The position numbers and the translations under genes were made by a program. The notes beneath the pieces are model-generated. The model ran no database searches. It was not told where the DNA came from and worked only from the letters and a program-made list of their open reading frames with translations. Source: Bradymonadia bacterium (GTDB taxonomy: Bacteria; Myxococcota_A; Bradymonadia; UBA7976; UBA1532). From it: a stretch of 64,000 bases of DNA. Of this stretch, positions 23,201 to 32,283 are shown one piece after another; the stretch's first letter is position 1, and each line of letters starts with the position of its first letter. Location: assembly GCA_046290225.1 (NCBI GenBank), contig JBKAGE010000070.1:32001-96000 (forward strand), given 5' to 3'.

Positions 23201-24005
23201 GCTGGGCCCCAACGACACCGTGATCCGCCCCTGGCGTCTCGTCGGCGACGAGACTTTCTCGATCTACGAAGGGGTGTCACTGATCCCGGGCAGCATCTAC
23301 TTCACCGAGGTGAGGGCGCTGGTGCAACAAGGCAACGGGGTCATCTCCCGCTCTGCCCCCACCCGCTCCGACGGTGTGCAGATCGGCGACGAGCAGGCCC
23401 CCATGGTGACGATCAGCGCTGATCCTGACGTGCTGCTCTTTGGCCAGCCCCGTAGCATCAGCTTGCAGGTCGAGGCCTCCGACGAAGATCGTCTCGCAGC
23501 GCTCCGGATCGAGATCTTCGCCTCCGGCAGCGAAACCCTGGTGCGCCGGGTCTTGATCCGCCCACTGGGTGGCGCCCTCTTCTCAGGTACAGCGGTCTGG
23601 AGCGTCGATGATCTCGATGACATGCCAGTGCCTCCAGGCCTCTACCGCGCTCGGGCTTCGGTGGACGACCGGGCCAGCAACCAGGCCCAGGACGAAGTGC
23701 AGCTGGTCATTTGTGACGAAGCGCAGACTGTAGATCCGCGCTGTGAACTGGAGTCCCCTGACATGGATCTGCCGGACATGATGGTGGACGCCGGTATGGA
23801 TCCCGACGTCGAGGTCGATCCCGAGGCCGACATGGAGGTGACCGGAGAGTTCGACGCTGAGCCTGACGACGACATCGGCGCCGAGGGCAATGACGAGGTG
23901 GCGGGGAGCGACTCCTGTGACTGCCGCGCAGGCTCTGGTGGTGGCCCGTTCTGGCCGCTGATGCTACTCGCCCTGGGCATGCGCCTGCGTCGTCGCCGTC
24001 GCTGA
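20298..24005 (+). CDS. Large surface protein with FG-GAP/PQQ-like beta-propeller repeats, Ig/FN3-like domains and MYXO-CTERM-type tail
   Basis: Many DLDGDGxxEL repeats; acidic stalk; C-terminus SCDCRAGSGGGPFWPLMLLALGMRLRRRRR; GAGGGAG RBS before ATG 20298. Confidence 0.85.
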   Translation: MRTRGRHLGVASTLVASMAMITMTVEDSTAQVAPAASWPATDGGPDRARLAQGPARLTTPVIRWSVSVGGRPEAGQVLADDLDGDGTLDLVAIRGGRIEAYTATGEDRWRTTPLGATRLEGLFDFNLDGRQELLVVASESVRLLDALNGEVLWTTPAEPFTRIGRVMVRDLDGDGFPELYVADRACGSGGRGPGITFDFAEGLFSPRTRATTDNEARTYVCGIHQSFGDINGDGELDLIVPDNAQVHAFDPLTGARVVEGADLGPLQFGVVPHATADVDGDGDDEVVGFIDNDPEPDFDGRRSVILLDFTDGRLRPRWEALFPVGDVIEPASGAVLPIGEGNGPAIVVNHWSEPDGQWFIRSFDLRSGAALPLLADHRLMGVADLDGDGRPELVTRTGDGQAPERFGDVAVYDADLTPLFSRPSARVLPTQPQATDTARTREARQILAIARPAGGEALVVARDADDDNLVDRIETIGADGGALGAFDLVGTPGAFTRSRRPLLDPMTPTGGLGVWALADGRLGAWSADLTLTNAHPDGPEDVPGPQASGGTPRVVAADPAGTGTPRPIAVASDGRVVSFESTGLVRWATALNASGSTLEAGQLNPGGPVEIVVDDGRTPSDAAYVALNGLNGNVLWRHSLPADEYTARPPALVADLDGDGAAEVVRYDVRISDDVRVITALNGNDGSERWVSEVPVTALALSGQPSAQTFEGETSLYFPDALQVYAISADGILSGASRSNQTGGVVRPTGGTPPLIRAEGARPLLTLSEPRFEVWQADANGVPNSAWVGRNALPLPGREVWVSPQSGAPIERLRLSDGVSVGQIGLGNGAALPPPFDGIEDVRKMTAVPDLLGDGALGVSVTTDAGRLYAVTAEGLVGWSRSFNTELSDVAWADVDDDGEVEAIVGLGDGTLAMLDQAQVDAPESVWDNNGEGPAGSDADDIDLLFSEGQLGADWTEVPGADAYEIRLLGPNDTVIRPWRLVGDETFSIYEGVSLIPGSIYFTEVRALVQQGNGVISRSAPTRSDGVQIGDEQAPMVTISADPDVLLFGQPRSISLQVEASDEDRLAALRIEIFASGSETLVRRVLIRPLGGALFSGTAVWSVDDLDDMPVPPGLYRARASVDDRASNQAQDEVQLVICDEAQTVDPRCELESPDMDLPDMMVDAGMDPDVEVDPEADMEVTGEFDAEPDDDIGAEGNDEVAGSDSCDCRAGSGGGPFWPLMLLALGMRLRRRRR

Positions 24006-24027
24006 CCCAACTCTCAAAAACTTGGCC

Positions 24028-25137
24028 TCAGCGACGCTGCTCCACCGGCTCGAAGTTGGGGATCGACGTCGGCGAGTACTGCCGCATTTGACGCTGCTCC
24101 TGCATCTGCTCTTGGACCTGGACCGGCGCGGGGCTCTTCTTGAAGTACGAACGGTGCACTGGAGCAGCCTCCGGCGCATCCACCACCATCGAACCTTCCA
24201 CCTCGGCCCCCTCGAAATCGAACACCTTGCCCTGCCCTGATGCCTTCTCGGCGCGGACGTGGGCCGTGTCGGCGTCATTCACGAACGTCTGTGCGGCTTT
24301 GGGGGTGGCTTCGGCAGCCTTCACCTCTCCACCACGACTCGCCCGACCCTCGAGGGCTTCCGCCACATAGCTCCCGATCAGCTTGCCCTCGAGTCGACGG
24401 TACAGACCTGGCGAAGCGAACCAGTCCATCCCTTTCACCTCGCCGTCGATGGCCACCACCACCCCGGCCATCTGCCCCTGAGTGGCCGTACGGGCCAAGA
24501 GGGCCTTGGTGGCAGGATCTGCGAGCTTCATGATCTCGCCCTTGGAGATCGCCTCGCGGTAGGTGTCTGAGTCGTTCTGGGTCTTGCGGTTGGCGTTGCT
24601 CGCCGCCACCTCGGCCCACACATTTGATTGCTGCCCGGTCTGAGCCTGATAGCGCAGCTTGGTGTGGGCCAGGGTCTTCGCCGAGCCGAACTCCAGGCCG
24701 TCACCGGCCTGACGCCATCGGCCGTGCTCCACACAGAAGACCGGGATGGCGAAGTCCTTCACCCCTGGCGGGATCAACGTGTGCTGACCCACGATCCGAT
24801 CCTGCTTGCCGCCGAGGAGCACCTCTCCGGCGAGGGCGTAGATGGGCCGATCAGCGTTGTTGGTCACGTGCAGGGTGTTCACCCGCCCTGAGGTGTCGGT
24901 CTCCTTGATGGCCAGCTGCTTACCGTCGAGCGCAGCATCGAGGGTGAGGTAACCCGGATCCGCCTCAGGGGCTTTGGCGATCATGGGGAACAGCGTCAGC
25001 TCGGGCACAGCGTCCACGGTGATGGGATCACCGAGGGTGGAGACATCGGCGAGAGGCTGTGATGGTCCCGCTGAGGCCCAGGGGGCATAGATGAAGACGG
25101 CAAGCAGAGCAGCGAGGGTGAGATCGGGGCGGCGCAT
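24028..25137 (-). CDS. Secreted DUF6569/ARPP-1-like domain protein
   Basis: GEVLLGGKQDRIV, IPVFCVEHGRW, QSNVWAEV, GVVVAIDGEVKGMDWFASPGLY..L..KLIGSY..EA motifs; signal peptide; GGAGG RBS. Confidence 0.72.
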   Translation of the reverse strand: MRRPDLTLAALLAVFIYAPWASAGPSQPLADVSTLGDPITVDAVPELTLFPMIAKAPEADPGYLTLDAALDGKQLAIKETDTSGRVNTLHVTNNADRPIYALAGEVLLGGKQDRIVGQHTLIPPGVKDFAIPVFCVEHGRWRQAGDGLEFGSAKTLAHTKLRYQAQTGQQSNVWAEVAASNANRKTQNDSDTYREAISKGEIMKLADPATKALLARTATQGQMAGVVVAIDGEVKGMDWFASPGLYRRLEGKLIGSYVAEALEGRASRGGEVKAAEATPKAAQTFVNDADTAHVRAEKASGQGKVFDFEGAEVEGSMVVDAPEAAPVHRSYFKKSPAPVQVQEQMQEQRQMRQYSPTSIPNFEPVEQRR

Positions 25138-25190
25138 GGGTTCCTCCGTGGGTCGAGCGTGGCGGTCCAGTTCTGGTCACTGAGGCCGTC

Positions 25191-25214
25191 AACGGAGGGG
25201 GGCGCGAAAAGTTC
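25191..25214 (-). promoter_or_regulatory. Candidate ECF-sigma promoter for the DUF6569 gene
   Basis: Minus strand reads GAAC-TTTTCGCGCCCCCCTC(16 nt)-CGTT, matching the AAC...CGT ECF pattern, about 55 nt upstream of the ATG. Confidence 0.35.
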
Positions 25215-25277
25215 GGTGGGCGTGTCGGCTTTTGCGTTTGTTTTACAAATCGACCCTCAGGTCAGGCTGTGAGGTGG

Positions 25278-25892
25278 TCATCGGATGGTGATCGAGTTGC
25301 TCACCCACGTGTTGCCATCGCCGTCCTTCGCCACGACGCGGAAGTCGAAGCGACGCTCCCCCTGCGTCACCGGCAGCGTGGCGAAGGCGAAGTCGACCGG
25401 CGCCTGATCAGCGAGGATGGTGGTCCAGTCGAGGTGGGTGACCTGACTCTTCACTTGCAGGTCGACCAGCAGATCGTCGGCCCCCTCGGCCCGCCAGTCG
25501 GCCTCCACCTCGGCGGAGAGGCTCCCCCCCACCACCAGCACGCGGATCCGTGCCCCGAGCAGCTCAGCCTCCACATCGGGGATGGCCGGCTCGGGATCCG
25601 GCTCGGGCTGTGGCGCCGGCGACACGTCAGGGGTGAAGTTGTCGGGCACGGGATCATCAAAGGCGTCACCTCGATCGGCGGTGTCTCCCCCACACACACA
25701 CTGATCGAAGCTTTCACCATCTTCGGCGCAGACCTGAGTGCCCATGCCCCCCCCAGGGCACGGGCAGATTTGCACTTCTCCAGGGGTGCACGCCGGCGGA
25801 TCGAGAGCGTCGCCGATCTCTTCGCACCCGAAGAGCGCGCCGCTGCCGATGAACAGGCCGATGATGCTGAGCTTGGAGACAAAAATGTTCAT
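25278..25892 (-). CDS. Hypothetical Cys-rich lipoprotein
   Basis: MNIFVSKLSIIGLFIGSGALFGC lipobox; CTPGEVQICPCPGG...C..C motif typical of myxobacterial lipoproteins; GAGAGGG RBS. Confidence 0.7.
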   Translation of the reverse strand: MNIFVSKLSIIGLFIGSGALFGCEEIGDALDPPACTPGEVQICPCPGGGMGTQVCAEDGESFDQCVCGGDTADRGDAFDDPVPDNFTPDVSPAPQPEPDPEPAIPDVEAELLGARIRVLVVGGSLSAEVEADWRAEGADDLLVDLQVKSQVTHLDWTTILADQAPVDFAFATLPVTQGERRFDFRVVAKDGDGNTWVSNSITIR

Positions 25893-26119
25893 GAGGTTCC
25901 CTCTCCTCGGTTGTGGTTTCGAGGCCTTGATACGAGGGCACGCTGCAGAAAGCTCCACCTCAGGTGTTTTTTTGTTGACAATCACATTTGAGCACAATGT
26001 CGGCTTTATTTTCTGAAATACAACCCTTTTACAAATCTCTTAAACCCCACAGACCACCTCGTGCGTAGGGCGGACTACCGTGCAGCTACACCGTAATCCT
26101 ACCCATCGGGAGCCCGCCC

Positions 26120-28300
26120 ATGCGCCCTCTGACTCGACTCTGCCTCGCCTTGGGGCTGGCCTCCGTCCCACTTGGGGCGCAGGCCAGCCTGATCACGCTG
26201 CCCGGCAGCTATATCCTCGATGACACATCTGCTGACGCGCCGGGGCGATACCAGGCGCCCAAGGCGGAAGAGCGGGCCCCTGTGGCCTACATCGAGTACA
26301 TCGGCCTCACCGGCGACGTCTCCGACGCACTCGCCACGCTGCACGTAGAGATGACCCTCGCCGGGCCCGCTGAAGGGGCCACGCACACTGTGGGGATCCT
26401 GCCGCTGCCTTCGGGCACCAGAGCCGATCAGGTCAATGTGTCGATCAACGGGCACACACCCACGAGTCGGTTCCTCGATGCCAAGGGGGCCAACGCCCTC
26501 TATGGTCAGCTTGGCAAGGCCCTCGACAGCACCCGGCTACTGGCTTACGCCGGTCAGCCTGCGCTCTTGATCCCCACCTTGCCTCTGCTCCGCAGTCAGC
26601 AGATCGACATCCGTATGCAGTTGCCGGTGAAAGGCAATGGTGGTTTACAGGCCCTGAGCGCTCCGCTGCTGCACGAGGGCTTCACCCGGGCGGCGACCCA
26701 ACGGCTCACCGTGGCCCTCAAACTGAAGACCGACAAGCCCCTCAAAGGGGTCTTCAGCCCCAGTCTGCCCTTGCAGGTGAAGCGACAGGGCACCCACGAG
26801 GCCCTGCTCACGGCCAACCTGCGCGGTGTCGATGGCGGCAGCGATCTGAGCCTGTTCTTCGGCGCAGATGACGACGCCCTGGGGCTGCGGGTGCTCACTC
26901 ATCGAGAAGAAGGCGAAGACCAGGGCTACTTCATGGTGCTCGGCCAGCCCGCAGCAGAAGCCGACAGCCCACGGATCCCCAAGGATCTGGTCCTCGCCAT
27001 CGACACCAGCGGCAGCATGCGGGGCGAGAAGTGGAGCCAGGTACAGGCGGCGGCCCTTGAGGTCCTCGATCGGCTCAACCCTGGTGATCGCTTCAACCTG
27101 ATCGCCTTTGGCGACGACGTGATCTCCCTCTCTGACGACGCGCTGCTCGAGGTGAACGCCGATGGCTTGAAGCGCGCTCAGGGCTTCCTCGACGGCCTCA
27201 CCCCCACAGGGCGCACCAACATCGCCGGGGCTCTGGCTCGAGGCCTCGCTCTGACGAAGACCGACCGACCCCACATCCTGATCTTCCTCACTGATGGCGC
27301 CCCCACGGCGGGCGAGCGGGATCCCGCGAAGATCGTGCAAATGATCCCCGGGCTCAACAAAGGCCGCGGGCGCATCTTCTCCTTCGGCGTGGGCCACGAT
27401 GTGAACACCCACCTGCTCGATCAGATGTCGAGCCTCACGGCCGGTGAGTCTCACTATGTGGTGGAAGGCGAGCCCATCGACGTAAAGATGGCGGCGCTCA
27501 CCGATGGCCTGCGCCGCCCGGTCCTCACCGAAGCCAAGGTGGCCTGGGGCGGCCTCGAGGTGGAGCACACCTACCCCGAGATGCCCACGGAGCTGTTCGC
27601 TGGCCGTGAGGTGTTGATGGTGGGTCGCTATGCCGGCGGTGGCCGCTACACGGTGTCGATCTCCGGCAAGGCCAACGAGGGGCAGCGCTCTTTCTCGGTC
27701 ACTGCCGACTTCCCCAAGAAAGCCCAGCCCGAGCACGAGTTCCTCGCCCCGCTGTGGGCCGCCCGGCGCATCGGTGATCTGCTGCACGATCTGCGACTCA
27801 AGGGGGCCGATGCCGAGAAGATCGCCGAGGTGGTCAAGCTGAGCCGCCGCTTCGGCATCTACACCGAGTACACCGGCTTCGTGGCCCAGGCAGGAGGCAA
27901 CATCAACGACGCCGATGCCACCGCTCAGGCCACCGTGCTCCTCGAGAAGGCCAATATGCAGTCTTCCGGCGCCTGGGCGGTGCGGCAGGCGGACAATGAG
28001 CAGTCCTTGCGGAAGCGGAAGGTGTCGTCGATGACCTCGAACACCTACGTGGACCGCCGAGGCAACGTGCAGAAGGCCGAGAACCTCAAGCAGGTAGGCC
28101 GACGCACCTTCTACAAGCGCGATGGCCGCTGGGTGGAATCGGCACCGGCGGCGAAGCGGCCTGCCAAGAAGCGCCGTGTGAAGCGCTTCAGCCGCGAATA
28201 CATGGATCTCGTGGAACAGAACAAGGACTTCGCCAAGGCCCAGAGCCTCGACGGCGAGATCGAAATCAACCTCGGTGACGAGCAGGTAGAGGTGTACTGA
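26120..28300 (+). CDS. VIT-like plus von Willebrand factor A domain protein (secreted)
   Basis: MIDAS motif DTSGSM, TNIAGAL, FLTDGAPT, FSFGVGHDVNTHLL; LWAARRIG, FGIYTEYT; signal peptide. Confidence 0.88.
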   Translation: MRPLTRLCLALGLASVPLGAQASLITLPGSYILDDTSADAPGRYQAPKAEERAPVAYIEYIGLTGDVSDALATLHVEMTLAGPAEGATHTVGILPLPSGTRADQVNVSINGHTPTSRFLDAKGANALYGQLGKALDSTRLLAYAGQPALLIPTLPLLRSQQIDIRMQLPVKGNGGLQALSAPLLHEGFTRAATQRLTVALKLKTDKPLKGVFSPSLPLQVKRQGTHEALLTANLRGVDGGSDLSLFFGADDDALGLRVLTHREEGEDQGYFMVLGQPAAEADSPRIPKDLVLAIDTSGSMRGEKWSQVQAAALEVLDRLNPGDRFNLIAFGDDVISLSDDALLEVNADGLKRAQGFLDGLTPTGRTNIAGALARGLALTKTDRPHILIFLTDGAPTAGERDPAKIVQMIPGLNKGRGRIFSFGVGHDVNTHLLDQMSSLTAGESHYVVEGEPIDVKMAALTDGLRRPVLTEAKVAWGGLEVEHTYPEMPTELFAGREVLMVGRYAGGGRYTVSISGKANEGQRSFSVTADFPKKAQPEHEFLAPLWAARRIGDLLHDLRLKGADAEKIAEVVKLSRRFGIYTEYTGFVAQAGGNINDADATAQATVLLEKANMQSSGAWAVRQADNEQSLRKRKVSSMTSNTYVDRRGNVQKAENLKQVGRRTFYKRDGRWVESAPAAKRPAKKRRVKRFSREYMDLVEQNKDFAKAQSLDGEIEINLGDEQVEVY

Positions 28301-30741
28301 TGAAGCTCTCAAAGAAAGCCCTGAGCCTCTGCTTCGCCACTGCGGGCGCGCTCTGTGTCGCCCTGCCGGCCATGAGCGAGCCGCCACAGCGCCGCAACCG
28401 CCGTCAGGTGCAAAAGCGCATCATGCCGCAGCAGCTCGGCAACGCCGGCTGGGGCAACAACATTCAGCTGAACAACGAGCTCAACAACATCGGCAGCTTC
28501 GGCCGGGGGGGTGTGCAACAGGCCGGCTTGGCAGGCTTCGACGGCCAGCTCTCGGCCCGGGCGATTCAGCGGGCCATCAACGACGCCGCGGTGTACCTCG
28601 AGAGCCGTCAGGCAGAGGACGGCAGCATTGGTGAAGGCAGCTACGCCCGGGGCGGCGCCACGGCCCTGGCCACTCTGGCACTGTTGGCCTCGGGTCGTGA
28701 TCCGGTGGCTGATCCGACCCTGAAGCGGGCCCTGGACTGGCTGCTCGGCCAGGAGGCCCCCGGCGGTCAGGATCCCTTCAACAACACCTATGTCCGGGGC
28801 ATCCGCGCCAACGTCTGGGAGTATGCCTTGCGCAAGGCGCCCTACGACGATCGCTTCCGCAAGGCCCTCAAAGAGGACTTCGACTGGCTGCTCGAAGCCA
28901 TGAACGACGAGGGCTGGCGCTACAACAAACAGAGCCGCGACTGGGACAACTCCTGCACACAGTACGGGGTGCTGGGCATCTGGGCCGGCACCCGGGCTGG
29001 CCTCGAGCCCGGCCCGAAGTTCTGGGAGAAGATGTCGGCCCACTTCCGCAAGACCCAGAACTCAGACGGCGGCTGGGGCTATGTGCAGAGCAGCAGCTCC
29101 ACCCCGAACATGGCCACTGCGGGCCTCGCGAGCCTGTTCCTCGTCTTTGACATGCACCACGGCCGCAAGGCCTGGAGCCGCGAGAACCCTCAAGCATTCT
29201 CCTCTGGTGAGGCCGCAGAGGTGCTGACGGCGCTGGAGCGCGGCATGACCTGGCTGGGCCAGTCGAGGGGCGATAAGGGGAACGCCTACTACCTGTACGG
29301 CATCGAGCGGGCGGGGGTGGCCAGCGGTCGCCAGCGCTTCGGCGGCGAGGACTGGTTCGAAGAGGGCGCCAAACGGGCCCTGTCTCAGCAACGCACCGAC
29401 GGCTCGATCCCCATCGGCTACACCCCAGAGATCGGCACCGCCCTCACCACCCTCTTCATGGTGTACGGCGGTGCCCCTACGGCCTTCGCCAAGCTGTCCC
29501 ACGGGGTCGAGGGGGCCGACAGCACCGCCTGGAACCCGAACCCTCGCGATCTCGCCAACCTCTCCCGGGCCCTGTGGTCGGCGTATGAGCGCCCTCTGAA
29601 CTGGACGATTGTGGAGCCCGAGGCCCTCGACACAGCCCGCGTACCGGTCCTGTTCCTGAGCGGCGCCGGCAAGGTAAGCTTCTCCAAGGACGAGATCACT
29701 GCCCTGCGGCGGTACGTGCAGCGTGGAGGCACCATCCTCGCCGAGCCTGCCGATGGTGATGAGGCCTATCGCGCTTCGATGGAAACTCTGCTCGCAGAGA
29801 TGTTCCCCGTCTCTGCGCACCCCGAGGCGCAGCTGAAGCCTCTGTCTTCGGATCACGGGGTGTATCGGGTGCAGCCGGTGACCTGGCGCAACGGCCCGCC
29901 GAAGCTCCGAGGTGCCGGCGACGGCATGCGCACCTTCTTCTTCATCTCCGAGGGGTACATGTCGTCGAAGTGGCAGGTGAACGACGTGGAGGATGACGCC
30001 TTCGCCCTTGCCCGCAACCTGCTGTTCTACGCCACAGATCTCGGCGCCCTCGAGGGCCGCTTCTCTACAGCGCTGCCTCCGGGCAAGGGGGCCCCAGAGG
30101 CGGGTTTGACTGTTCAGGTGGCCCGAGTGAAACACGGCCTCGAGAGCAGCCACCCCAGCGACTGGGACGCCGCCCCTCTCCTGTGGTCCTCCGTGGCGCC
30201 CTACGTGAAGCACCTCTCTGGCGTACACGTACAAGAGGCAGAGGCTGTACAGCTCGACAAGGGCGCGCTCGACCCGAAAAAGGTGAGATTGCTTCACCTC
30301 TCCGGGCGCAGGGCGCTCAACCTGAGCGACGCTGAGGCGCAGAGCCTGAAGTCATATGTCGAAGGCGGTGGCACCGTGCTCGTCGAGGCCTGGGGTGGCT
30401 CCGAGGCCTTCAGTCAGTCCGCCCGAGCCCGTCTTGAGGGGTTGCTTGGCCAGATCGAAGCCCTCGACGAGACCGCCCCTCTCGCTCTGGGACGCTTCGC
30501 CGGTGGCTCCGATCTCACCACCGAGGCCCCCATCACCCTCGCAGCTCGCAAAGCTCGAGGTCGGGGCCTGCCGCTGCACGTGATCAACGTCGGCGGTCGC
30601 CCTGGGGTGGTGTTCTCCCCCATCGACCTCAGCGCCGGTGCCACTGGGGTGGCCATCCACCAGAGGCAGGGCTACACCCCCGAAGGCGCTCGCCGCGTGC
30701 TCACCAACATGGTGGCCTGGCTGGGTCGGGGCCGATCATAG
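28300..30741 (+). CDS. Prenyltransferase/squalene-cyclase-repeat (alpha/alpha toroid) protein with two DUF4159-like domains
   Basis: QAEDGS, GWRY...DNSCTQYGVLG, QNSDGGWGY, YYLYGIERAG, DWFEEGA..L..QRTDGS; two LRRYVQRGGTI/LKSYVEGGGTV blocks; TGATG coupling to the vWA gene. Confidence 0.75.
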   Translation: MKLSKKALSLCFATAGALCVALPAMSEPPQRRNRRQVQKRIMPQQLGNAGWGNNIQLNNELNNIGSFGRGGVQQAGLAGFDGQLSARAIQRAINDAAVYLESRQAEDGSIGEGSYARGGATALATLALLASGRDPVADPTLKRALDWLLGQEAPGGQDPFNNTYVRGIRANVWEYALRKAPYDDRFRKALKEDFDWLLEAMNDEGWRYNKQSRDWDNSCTQYGVLGIWAGTRAGLEPGPKFWEKMSAHFRKTQNSDGGWGYVQSSSSTPNMATAGLASLFLVFDMHHGRKAWSRENPQAFSSGEAAEVLTALERGMTWLGQSRGDKGNAYYLYGIERAGVASGRQRFGGEDWFEEGAKRALSQQRTDGSIPIGYTPEIGTALTTLFMVYGGAPTAFAKLSHGVEGADSTAWNPNPRDLANLSRALWSAYERPLNWTIVEPEALDTARVPVLFLSGAGKVSFSKDEITALRRYVQRGGTILAEPADGDEAYRASMETLLAEMFPVSAHPEAQLKPLSSDHGVYRVQPVTWRNGPPKLRGAGDGMRTFFFISEGYMSSKWQVNDVEDDAFALARNLLFYATDLGALEGRFSTALPPGKGAPEAGLTVQVARVKHGLESSHPSDWDAAPLLWSSVAPYVKHLSGVHVQEAEAVQLDKGALDPKKVRLLHLSGRRALNLSDAEAQSLKSYVEGGGTVLVEAWGGSEAFSQSARARLEGLLGQIEALDETAPLALGRFAGGSDLTTEAPITLAARKARGRGLPLHVINVGGRPGVVFSPIDLSAGATGVAIHQRQGYTPEGARRVLTNMVAWLGRGRS

Positions 30742-30861
30742 AGGCTTGAAAGTCCAGCGTTTCTGGTTGCTCTGGTGGCCCCTTCCACTCGATTGAGGGA
30801 AACTTTTGGTCTCGACGCGCTCAATCTTTTGGGCCTCGCTGCCGAACAAAAACATCACAAT

Positions 30862-32271
30862 ATGAAGATTGATGTTCAGGACCAGCGCATGGACCAGTTC
30901 TCCGCCCCAGTACCCGAAGTGTCTATCGATCGCGAAACCCTCGAGCGTCTTCAAAAGCTCGAATCGCAAGTCAACGCCATCAGTCGCTCTCAGGCGGTGA
31001 TCGAGTTCGATCTCGACGGCACAATCCGCACCGCCAACGCGAACTTCCTCGGCGCAGTCGGCTACGCGCTGGACGAGATCGAAGGCCGGCATCACCGTAT
31101 CTTCGTGGATCCTGCGGAGTCGAAGACCCCTCAATACCGTCAGTTCTGGGAGAAGCTCCGGAGCGGTACCTTTCACTCTGGTGAGTACCGCCGCATCACC
31201 AAGGATGGTGACGAGATTTGGATCCAGGCCACGTACAACCCTCTGCTCGATGCCCAGGGCCGCCCTGTGGGGGTGATCAAGTTCGCCACCGACGTGACGA
31301 CCCGTCGAAAGGCGGTGGAGGCCCTCGCCGAGGTGGCTGAGGGCCTGTCTCAGGGCGATCTGACCTGTGAGATGTGGGGGGAGTACGATGGTCAGTTCGG
31401 GCAGATGCAGAACGCCATCAACCATGCCATGGGCACCTTGCGGGGCCTGATCGGCTCTGTGCAGACCTCTTCACAGCAAATCACCGAAGGCAGTGAGCAG
31501 ATCGCTGCGGGCAATCAGGAGCTCAGTCAGCGCAGCCAGACGCAGGCCGCGAACCTGGAAGAGATCAGCGCCACGGTGGAGGCCCTCGCCCAGAGCGTGC
31601 GCCTCAACGCCGATGGGGCCAAGCAGGCCCAGGGGCTGGCCAGCGAGGCACGGAAAGTGGCCGCCAAGGGTCAAGCCCTCGTGGAGAGCACGGCGAAGGC
31701 GATGCAGGCCCTCACGGTCTCGAGCAAGAAGATGTCAGAGATCATCGAGGTGGTGGACGGCATCGCGTTCCAGACGAACTTGCTGGCCCTCAACGCCGCC
31801 GTAGAAGCGGCCCGTGCCGGGGAAGCCGGGCGGGGCTTCGCCGTGGTGGCCTCAGAGGTACGCAACCTCGCTCAGCGCTGCGCTGGAGAGGCCAAGGAGA
31901 TCAGGGGTCTGATCGACAGCAGCAACGAGCAGGTGAGCGAAGGTGCCCGCCTGGTCTCGGCCTCCGGTGACACCCTCGCGGAGATCGTCAACTCCAGCGG
32001 CCAGGTGGACGAGCTCATCTCCGAGATCGCCTCGATGGCCTCGGATCAGGCCTCGAGCATCGAGCAGGTGAGTGCTGCGGTGGGGAACCTTGACGAGACG
32101 GTGCAACAGAATGCAGCCCTCGTCGAAGAGACCAACGCCGCCAGCGAAGCCCTCGACGAGCAGGCTCAGGCGCTCATCGAGATGGTCTCCACCTTCAAGG
32201 TGAACGAGGAGGCCGAAGAGGTCATCGAAGAGCCTCGCTGGCGTCAGCATCAGGCCTATCGCGGGCACTGA
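30862..32271 (+). CDS. Soluble PAS-domain methyl-accepting chemotaxis protein
   Basis: [27 protein letters not shown]...WIQATYNP...KFATDVT; MCP tip [37 protein letters not shown]; no TM helix. Confidence 0.92.
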   Translation: MKIDVQDQRMDQFSAPVPEVSIDRETLERLQKLESQVNAISRSQAVIEFDLDGTIRTANANFLGAVGYALDEIEGRHHRIFVDPAESKTPQYRQFWEKLRSGTFHSGEYRRITKDGDEIWIQATYNPLLDAQGRPVGVIKFATDVTTRRKAVEALAEVAEGLSQGDLTCEMWGEYDGQFGQMQNAINHAMGTLRGLIGSVQTSSQQITEGSEQIAAGNQELSQRSQTQAANLEEISATVEALAQSVRLNADGAKQAQGLASEARKVAAKGQALVESTAKAMQALTVSSKKMSEIIEVVDGIAFQTNLLALNAAVEAARAGEAGRGFAVVASEVRNLAQRCAGEAKEIRGLIDSSNEQVSEGARLVSASGDTLAEIVNSSGQVDELISEIASMASDQASSIEQVSAAVGNLDETVQQNAALVEETNAASEALDEQAQALIEMVSTFKVNEEAEEVIEEPRWRQHQAYRGH

Positions 32272-32283
32272 TCGCGCTCTGCA

